DNA of 64,000 nt from the NCBI GenBank assembly GCA_943787795.1, contig CALSNU010000003.1:1-64000 (forward strand), written 5' to 3'. The notes under the pieces were generated by a model that was not told where the DNA came from, made no database searches, and worked only from the letters and a program-made list of their open reading frames with translations. Numbering within the stretch: the first letter of the stretch is position 1; each line of letters starts with the position of its first letter. This DNA comes from an uncultured bacterium (GTDB taxonomy: Bacteria; Planctomycetota; UBA1135; GCA-002686595). Below are positions 58,011-64,000 of the stretch, one piece after another. A program made the translations under genes and the position numbers.

Positions 58011-58090
58011 GCCCAGGCTCAGGCCCAGGCCCAGGGCCCAGGCTCAAGGCACATGCGTCAGCCTAAGGGCCTCAGCCCCGGCCTCAGCCC
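58011..58090. repeat. Short degenerate 6-7 bp repeats (caggcc/cagccc) just 3' of recQ
   Basis: cccaggctcaggcccaggcccagggcccaggctcaagg... Confidence 0.6.
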
Positions 58091-60243
58091 TCGCCTTCGT
58101 GCTCCGCGATGGCTGCGAGGAACACCGGGCCGAGGTCAGCGGCCTTCTTCTCGCCAACGCCCTTGAGCGCCAGGAAGGCCTGCGGAGTGCGGGGCTTGTG
58201 GGCGGCCATGTGAGCGAGGGTCCTGTCGTTGAACAGGATGTAAGGCGGCACGCCGCGCTCCGAGGCGAGGCTGCGCCGCAGCTTGCGGAGGGCCTCGAAC
58301 AGCGAAGCGTCCACGTCCAGGGACTCCTCGCTGGCCACCGCCTCCACCGAACTCCCTCGGCGACGTGAGCCCTTCTTGGCCTGGATCCGTGGGACCAGGA
58401 GGGTCACCTCCTTGTCACCTCGCATGACCTCGACGCCCGAGGCGGTGAGGTGCAGGGTCGGGTAGTTGCCCGACGCCACGCCGATATGCCCCTGCGCGAC
58501 CAGCTGGTCCACCCAGGCGCGGATCTCGCTGGCGGCGTTGTCGCGCATGATCCCGTAGGTGGTGAGCTGGTCATGGCCCTTCTGGCGGACACGCTGGGTG
58601 TCGGCGCCACGCAGGACCTCGGTCACATGCGCCGCCCCGTAGCGCTGGTCGCAGCGGACCACGCAGGAGAGGATCATCTGCGCGACGCGCTGGCTGTCGT
58701 CGACCTTGCGGAGCTCCCCGTGGCAGACGTCGCAGGCGCCGCACTCACCGGCCGCCAGCTCACCGCCGAAGTACTCGACGAGGAAGCGGTGGCGGCAGGA
58801 GCCGCCGTTGGCGAAGTTCCAGAGCTCACCGAGTCGATCCAGGGAGCCGGAGAGCTCATCCATCGCGCCCTCGACGCCCTCCATCTCTGCTTCCTGGGCG
58901 CTGCGCTCCATGATCCCCTTCCAGCCCTGGAAGTCGGATCCGCTGTAGAGCATCAGGCACTCGGAGGGGAGCCCGTCGCGGCCGGCGCGGCCGGTCTCCT
59001 GGCTGTACTGCTCCACGCCCTTGGGGAGGCTCGCGTGGACCACGAAGCGGACGTCCGGACGATCGATGCCCATGCCGAAGGCCACCGTGGCCACGACCAC
59101 ATCGAGGCCCTCGCCAAGGAAGGCCTCCTGGATTCGCGCGCGCTCGCTCGAATCAAGGCCGGCGTGGTACGGCATGGCGCGGACCCCGGCGCGGGCCAGC
59201 TCGCGCGCCAGCTTCTCGGTGTCCTTGCGTCGGATGCAGTAGACGATCCCGGCCTCATCGGGGTGCCGACGCACCACCTCCATCACCTGGTCGAAGAGGT
59301 CGAGGCGGGGGACGACGCGGTAGGTCAGGTTCGCGCGGTCGAAGTCTCCGACCACCCGGACCGGGTCCTTGAGCCCGAGCTCCTCCTCGATATCGCCGCG
59401 GACCCTGGGCGTCGCCGTCGCCGTGAGCGCGATGATGGGCACCTCCGGGCAGCGGGCGCGGAGCTCGCCGATCTGGCGATACTCGGGGCGGAAGTCATGT
59501 CCCCAGTGGCTGATGCAGTGCGCCTCGTCCACGGCGATAGAGGTGAGCCCCGCGCGCTCCAGCTCGCCGTGGAAGCCCTCCACCGCGAGGCGCTCGGGGG
59601 AGACGAACAGGATGTCCAGCTCGCGCCGGTTGAGGGCGCCGCGCACGGCGGAGCGCTCGTCGTCGGCCAGCGCGCTGCTCAGCATGGCGGCGCGCACGCC
59701 GTTGGCGAGCAGGCCGTCGAGCTGGTCCTTCATCAGCGCGATGAGGGGGCTGATCACGAGCGTCAGCCCTGGCCGGACGAGGGCCGGGGCCTGGTAGCAG
59801 AGGCTCTTGCCGCCGCCGGTGGGCAGGATGACGAGCACGTCCCGCCCTTCCAGGGAGGCTCGCATGGCCTCGTCCTGGTACGGCCGCAGGCCCGGGAATC
59901 CCCAGGTCTCATCGACGCGGTGCAGGAGCTCCTGCATGGCGGCGTCCACGTCTTCGATGGGCTCAGGGGCGGTGCTTGAGTTCGTCTCGCCAGCCTCGGC
60001 CAGGAACCAACCATCGTCGTAATCCCGCGCGCTACCGGCGGCGGCGGGGCCGGGAGAATGCCCGGCCTCGTCCTCGAAGAGGCCGGCGATCTCGTTGGCC
60101 GAGGGCTCCGGCTCTGCGGCCCCTCCGTCGGTCTCCCAGGGGCTCACGCCCCCGTGGCCGGAACTGTCACCGCTGCCAATCATCTGAACCCCTTCAAAGC
60201 AGGCATCTGAACCCCCTGAACACAGGGACCGATCCCAACGCAT
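58084..60243 (-). CDS. recQ: DNA helicase RecQ (helicase, Zn, RQC, HRDC) with acidic N-terminal extension
   Basis: LPTGGGKS, DEAHC, CRH..YFG..CGACDVC, LFEALRKLR..VPPYILFND HRDC; start 60243 or 60183. Confidence 0.95.
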   Translation of the reverse strand: MRWDRSLCSGGSDACFEGVQMIGSGDSSGHGGVSPWETDGGAAEPEPSANEIAGLFEDEAGHSPGPAAAGSARDYDDGWFLAEAGETNSSTAPEPIEDVDAAMQELLHRVDETWGFPGLRPYQDEAMRASLEGRDVLVILPTGGGKSLCYQAPALVRPGLTLVISPLIALMKDQLDGLLANGVRAAMLSSALADDERSAVRGALNRRELDILFVSPERLAVEGFHGELERAGLTSIAVDEAHCISHWGHDFRPEYRQIGELRARCPEVPIIALTATATPRVRGDIEEELGLKDPVRVVGDFDRANLTYRVVPRLDLFDQVMEVVRRHPDEAGIVYCIRRKDTEKLARELARAGVRAMPYHAGLDSSERARIQEAFLGEGLDVVVATVAFGMGIDRPDVRFVVHASLPKGVEQYSQETGRAGRDGLPSECLMLYSGSDFQGWKGIMERSAQEAEMEGVEGAMDELSGSLDRLGELWNFANGGSCRHRFLVEYFGGELAAGECGACDVCHGELRKVDDSQRVAQMILSCVVRCDQRYGAAHVTEVLRGADTQRVRQKGHDQLTTYGIMRDNAASEIRAWVDQLVAQGHIGVASGNYPTLHLTASGVEVMRGDKEVTLLVPRIQAKKGSRRRGSSVEAVASEESLDVDASLFEALRKLRRSLASERGVPPYILFNDRTLAHMAAHKPRTPQAFLALKGVGEKKAADLGPVFLAAIAEHEGEG

Positions 60244-60285
60244 GGCGGTGACGGTTCAAGACAATCCGCACGGAAGTCTCGGGTG

Positions 60286-63200
60286 TCAGTGCGATTCTGT
60301 CGCCGGGAGCGTCACTTCGACGCGCTGAATGGCACCGGAGCGGGACCAGATTCCGCTGCTCGTGTGGGCGTCCAGCTCCTTGGAGTCGTGGCTCGTTGAC
60401 GTCCCGTCGGCGGCGATCAGGACAACCCTGGCGGCGGCGCCGCGCCGGACCACAAACGGGACCCCGCAGTGGGAGGTGGCCAGGGCGCCGGCGGGGACGT
60501 CAACCAGGTCGCCGCTGGGGGAGCGCATGGTCCCGGCCGCCTCGCGGAGCTCAGGGTCATGGAGCAGGGCGCCGTCAAAGTGCATGCGCCCGCCCTTGAT
60601 GCGGAGGCCGACCTCACCGATCCGGGAGAGCAGGTCCTCCTTGACCTGCCCGCTCATGCCGGGCTGCCGCGCGCCCCCGTCGGCTTGCGAGTGGGAGTAG
60701 GGCTCGGAGGGGAACGCCCCGAAGTCCTCAGGTGACTTGTGCGTGCCCAGTCCGGCCCGGGCAGCGCGGTAGTGCCGCAGCAGGGCGGCGCTGACCTCCG
60801 CGGGCTCACCCTGGTCGAGGGCGCACCAGAGGGTCTCCTGGATCGAGAGGATCAGCTTCGACGCCATGTGCCAGAACGTGCAGCCCAGCCCCTCGTAGCC
60901 AAAGAAGGTGCCGGAGCGTCCCGTGAAGGCTGCGTGGTCGAAGACGGTCTCGTACTCCTCGAGGAGCGCGGCTCGATCGCGCTCCACCGAGGCCGACAGG
61001 GCGCCGCCAGCCAGGGCGTCGAGGGCGGTGGAGAGGGCGGCCGCGCTTTGGAGACTCGGGGCGAACCGGACGCACTCGGCGCCAGCGCGGACCACGGAGC
61101 GGTCCCCGGACTCGAGCAGCTCCCGGATGAGCGGCACGCGCTCCTCGGCGCCCTCGTGGAGCACTCCCTTGTCCAGCAGGCCGGGTAGATCCCGGTCCGG
61201 GTAGAGCAGATAAGTGTCCAGGTCCTCGCGGTGGAGCGGGCTCGCTCGGAGCGCGTCCAGGAGCGCCACAGCCTCGGCGCCGCGGACGATGCCTGCGGAG
61301 AGCGCTGCCACCTGGCCTTCGAGCATGAGAGGCAGGTGGCGGACGCGGATCTCCGCCTCACCAAAGGCCACGAGGTCATAGCCGTGGAAGAGCCCATCCT
61401 CACGCACGTTGGCGTCCGCGGTGGCCTTCAGCCACGTCGTGGCCGCGGTGAAGAGGCGGCTCAGGATCGCGGCATGAGCCGTCTCCAGGCCGTCACCAGC
61501 GTCCCCGTAGACGGCGACTCGGTGGCGCTCGCCGGCTCGCCCGAGGGCCTCGGTGGTGCTCCACCGGGCGGCGGGATCCGAGGTCGCGAGGTCGGGGTCC
61601 TCGGCCTCGAGGGCGGCGACGATGTCATCGAGGAACTGGCGCGTCCGCGTCGAGAGCGACAGCGACCCGGCGCCCGCGAGGATGCTGGCCAGGACCTCGG
61701 TGTGACGGAACATGGCGCAGGTGGTCACGACCGAGGCGCCGGAGCCCACGAGGGCGTTGTTAGCGTCGTTCCACTCCGGCCGCTGCGCGTTCATCCAGAT
61801 CCCCGCGCCTGGGACCAGGTTGGAGAGCTTGGCCAGGAAGGGGACCAGCAGCTTCTCCTCGAGCGTGGTGCGGACGAGCCCGCCGTCGGAGTCGTGGACG
61901 AGCTTGCCGTCGGCGCCCTCGCGGTCCACGCGCTCGCCAGCGACCCACGCGCGGTCGTTGTCGTAGTCCACGGTCTCCTGCGGATTGCGGACGAGGTCGT
62001 CGAAGCCGCGGATCCGGTAGGGGACGTCGGCGTGGACGAAGATGGCCCTGCCGAGGAGTCCAGCCATGCGCCCGGGGTAGTGCTCCTCGAGGCGCTCGAT
62101 GAGGCGGGTCAGGTAGACGATCTGGTGGTCGCCCCAGTACCCGATGTACGACCAGGGGTCGTTCTGGTCGTGCACCTCCCAGTCGAGCCCCTCGCTCGTG
62201 ATGCGATAGGGGTTGTAGCCGTCGGCGGTGCTCGCGTTCAGGAAGCGCACGATGAACGCCTCCAGGTAGGTGGGGTTGGCGAGGCCGAGGGCCTCCCAGT
62301 TCTGGAAGATGTCCCGCCAGTTGCCCTGGTACCCGAAAGTCAGCTCGCCGTGCTCTCCGCGCACGTCGATGGAGAAGGTGTTCCACGGGCGGCTCGGATC
62401 CCCGTGCCTGCGGCTGAAGGCGAGCGGCAGGAACTCACGCAGGTGACGCTCCAGGTCGGGATCGGCGGCCGTGTCGGCCAGGAGCTCTCCGACCGTCCAC
62501 TCGTCGGGCCAGCCCGCGATGCGGTCCGCGTGGCGCGCGAAGACGGCCGGGGCGACGGCCGACAGGTGGTCGATGAAGGCCGCGCGCGGCTGGCGTGTTC
62601 CGAGGGGGAACAGCCCGCCACGCATGGTGTTGTAGAGGGTGTTGGCCGCGTGGCGAGCGTCCTCGGCGTCGCTGGCGGTGCACTGCAGTCCGTCCGCGTC
62701 GGCGAGGAGTTCAAGGAGCGTCTCGCGGCTGCGGCGGACCCCGTCGAGGACCTCCTCGGCGGGGTCCTCGGTCTCCAGCTGCCAGGCGAGGAGTGTCTCC
62801 ACGTCGTCGGCGCTTTGGTCGACCTCGAGGGTCATGACCCAGGAGGCACTGGCCCCGGGCCCGAGCTCCAGGGGCTGCTCGATCAGGAACGCGCTGCGCT
62901 TCCCGCGGACGAGGTTCTCCTCTTCCAGGGCGTCTCCGCGGCGGAACGCAGCCTGCTGCTGGGTGCTGAGCAGCCGCGTCCCGGCGGCGGAGCACCAGGC
63001 GCTGGTGGAGGCGAGGCTCTCGCTGGGCTCGGCGCGGTCTACCGGGATGGAGCCGAGGCCAAAGAGCGCGACGCCGTCGGCGAGCTCGGAGAACCGGTAG
63101 GCGTCCACGAGGACGCTGTAGGCGTCCATCATCGACTTCTCGATGGCGGGGGGCATGACGTCGAGCACGCCGTCGAGCACCTCGAGGCTGCGCGTGACCT

Positions 63201-63699
63201 CGCCGGTGTTGGTCACGCGAACGGTCCGTACGACCCCGTGCTCCTCGCTGCTCGTCCAGCACTGGCGGACGGACAGGCCGAGGGTGTGGTTGTGCTCGAT
63301 GAGCGCGAGGGCGCTCCCGAGGGTGCAGCGCTCCAGATCCTGAGACACGTCGAATACGCCGGCGCCGCGCTGGGAGAACGGCTCCCAGATCGTCCCGTCC
63401 GGCAGGCGAACGATGGTCGAGCCGCCCACGGAGCCCTCCGCGTCGTGGATTCGATCCACGGTGCGGTACGGGAAGAGCGCCTGGTCGACGTTGCGCCGGC
63501 CGGCCGTGAGGGCGCCCTTGCTGGAGATGAAGCCCCAGTGGTCCGAGCCCGAGGCGAGCGTCGTGAGGAACGGCGCCATGCGATCCGCGCAGCGAATGCG
63601 CGCCCAACGGAAGCCGCCGTCGGAGTCCTTGTCGCCGGCGGCGTCGCTGGTGACGAAGTCTCCGGCGATCGCTCGGCTGTTGGTGGCGAACGGGGTCAT
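60286..63699 (-). CDS. GH149-type beta-1,3-glucan phosphorylase
   Basis: FSRRHGDPSRPWN, QGNWRDIFQNWEAL, GYWGDHQ, QRPEWNDANNAL, YEGLG..WHM, QPGMSGQVKE; ATGA overlap with a GH16 gene. Confidence 0.8.
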   Translation of the reverse strand: MTPFATNSRAIAGDFVTSDAAGDKDSDGGFRWARIRCADRMAPFLTTLASGSDHWGFISSKGALTAGRRNVDQALFPYRTVDRIHDAEGSVGGSTIVRLPDGTIWEPFSQRGAGVFDVSQDLERCTLGSALALIEHNHTLGLSVRQCWTSSEEHGVVRTVRVTNTGEVTRSLEVLDGVLDVMPPAIEKSMMDAYSVLVDAYRFSELADGVALFGLGSIPVDRAEPSESLASTSAWCSAAGTRLLSTQQQAAFRRGDALEEENLVRGKRSAFLIEQPLELGPGASASWVMTLEVDQSADDVETLLAWQLETEDPAEEVLDGVRRSRETLLELLADADGLQCTASDAEDARHAANTLYNTMRGGLFPLGTRQPRAAFIDHLSAVAPAVFARHADRIAGWPDEWTVGELLADTAADPDLERHLREFLPLAFSRRHGDPSRPWNTFSIDVRGEHGELTFGYQGNWRDIFQNWEALGLANPTYLEAFIVRFLNASTADGYNPYRITSEGLDWEVHDQNDPWSYIGYWGDHQIVYLTRLIERLEEHYPGRMAGLLGRAIFVHADVPYRIRGFDDLVRNPQETVDYDNDRAWVAGERVDREGADGKLVHDSDGGLVRTTLEEKLLVPFLAKLSNLVPGAGIWMNAQRPEWNDANNALVGSGASVVTTCAMFRHTEVLASILAGAGSLSLSTRTRQFLDDIVAALEAEDPDLATSDPAARWSTTEALGRAGERHRVAVYGDAGDGLETAHAAILSRLFTAATTWLKATADANVREDGLFHGYDLVAFGEAEIRVRHLPLMLEGQVAALSAGIVRGAEAVALLDALRASPLHREDLDTYLLYPDRDLPGLLDKGVLHEGAEERVPLIRELLESGDRSVVRAGAECVRFAPSLQSAAALSTALDALAGGALSASVERDRAALLEEYETVFDHAAFTGRSGTFFGYEGLGCTFWHMASKLILSIQETLWCALDQGEPAEVSAALLRHYRAARAGLGTHKSPEDFGAFPSEPYSHSQADGGARQPGMSGQVKEDLLSRIGEVGLRIKGGRMHFDGALLHDPELREAAGTMRSPSGDLVDVPAGALATSHCGVPFVVRRGAAARVVLIAADGTSTSHDSKELDAHTSSGIWSRSGAIQRVEVTLPATESH

Positions 63700-64000
63700 C
63701 GCTTCTCTAGGACGCGGACGTAGTCCACCACGACCTGCTGTGAGCCAATCTCAGGGGCGATGGCGCCGCCCATTCCACCGCCCATGGCGAGGTTGATGAT
63801 GATGTTCTGAGGGCGGTCGAAGGGCCACGCCTCGGCGGACTCCTTCTTGTCGTAGGTGTAGTAGTGGACCCCGTCCACGTACATCCGCACCTCGTCCTCG
63901 TCCCACTCACAGGCGTACACGTGGAAGTCGGTGCTCATCCCGTCGACGGGCAGCACGTTGGTGATGTGGTTGCCCTGCTTGAAGTAGTACGCGCGGGTGT
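63696..64000 (-). CDS. GH16 family glycoside hydrolase (laminarinase-like), 3' part only
   Basis: DFHVYACEW, YVDG, WPFDRPQNIIINLAMGG, VDYVRV; runs off the window end. Confidence 0.85.
   Translation of the reverse strand, partial: TRAYYFKQGNHITNVLPVDGMSTDFHVYACEWDEDEVRMYVDGVHYYTYDKKESAEAWPFDRPQNIIINLAMGGGMGGAIAPEIGSQQVVVDYVRVLEKR

Noticed and set aside
1..64000. Selenoproteins via UGA read-through
   Set aside because: TGA-ending short ORFs checked by eye (12379, 24327, 45776) give no sensible in-frame continuation or Cys-equivalent motif; not an exhaustive search

Overview
A very GC-rich (about 70% by eye) bacterial chromosomal segment, most likely from a planctomycete. This is inferred from the sulfatases, DUF1080, oleBCD, floA, the Hc1-like protein and the many secreted hypothetical proteins. 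About 50 real CDSs are supported; most other ORFs in the track are antisense shadows. Recognisable content: tricorn-type S41 protease; a membrane/SpeE-like/TPR fusion divergent from an HTTM-type gene pair; oleB-oleC-oleD without oleA; two sulfatases; SGNH plus DUF5989-like peptide; imelysin/EfeO plus di-haem DHOR pair; fabG-fabZ-fabI; phosphoserine phosphatase plus class V aminotransferase followed by a selenocysteine tRNA (selC); nfeD-nfeD-floA operon; EVE; Hc1-like protein; mqnB and an mqnD-DUF952 fusion; a six-CARDB lipoprotein; two RecQ helicases; a proteasome-beta (BPH/HslV-like) protease; tandem secreted DUF1028 Ntn paralogs; a 4-hydroxybenzoyl-CoA-reductase-like hcrCAB operon; and a GH149 beta-1,3-glucan phosphorylase with a partial GH16. 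No integrase, transposase, rRNA or CRISPR was seen. The best leads for undescribed biology are (1) a RecQ that has lost its Zn site and HRDC domain and ends in a PcrA/UvrD-like Tudor domain, (2) many unrelated 6-18 bp tandem arrays sitting just 3' of genes, (3) apparent widespread leaderless transcription (a -10 box 6-7 nt before ATG), (4) the MqnD-DUF952 fusion, (5) secreted Ntn hydrolases that could be activated by signal peptidase, and (6) orphan hcrCAB. All family calls come from motif recognition by eye, with no database searches.
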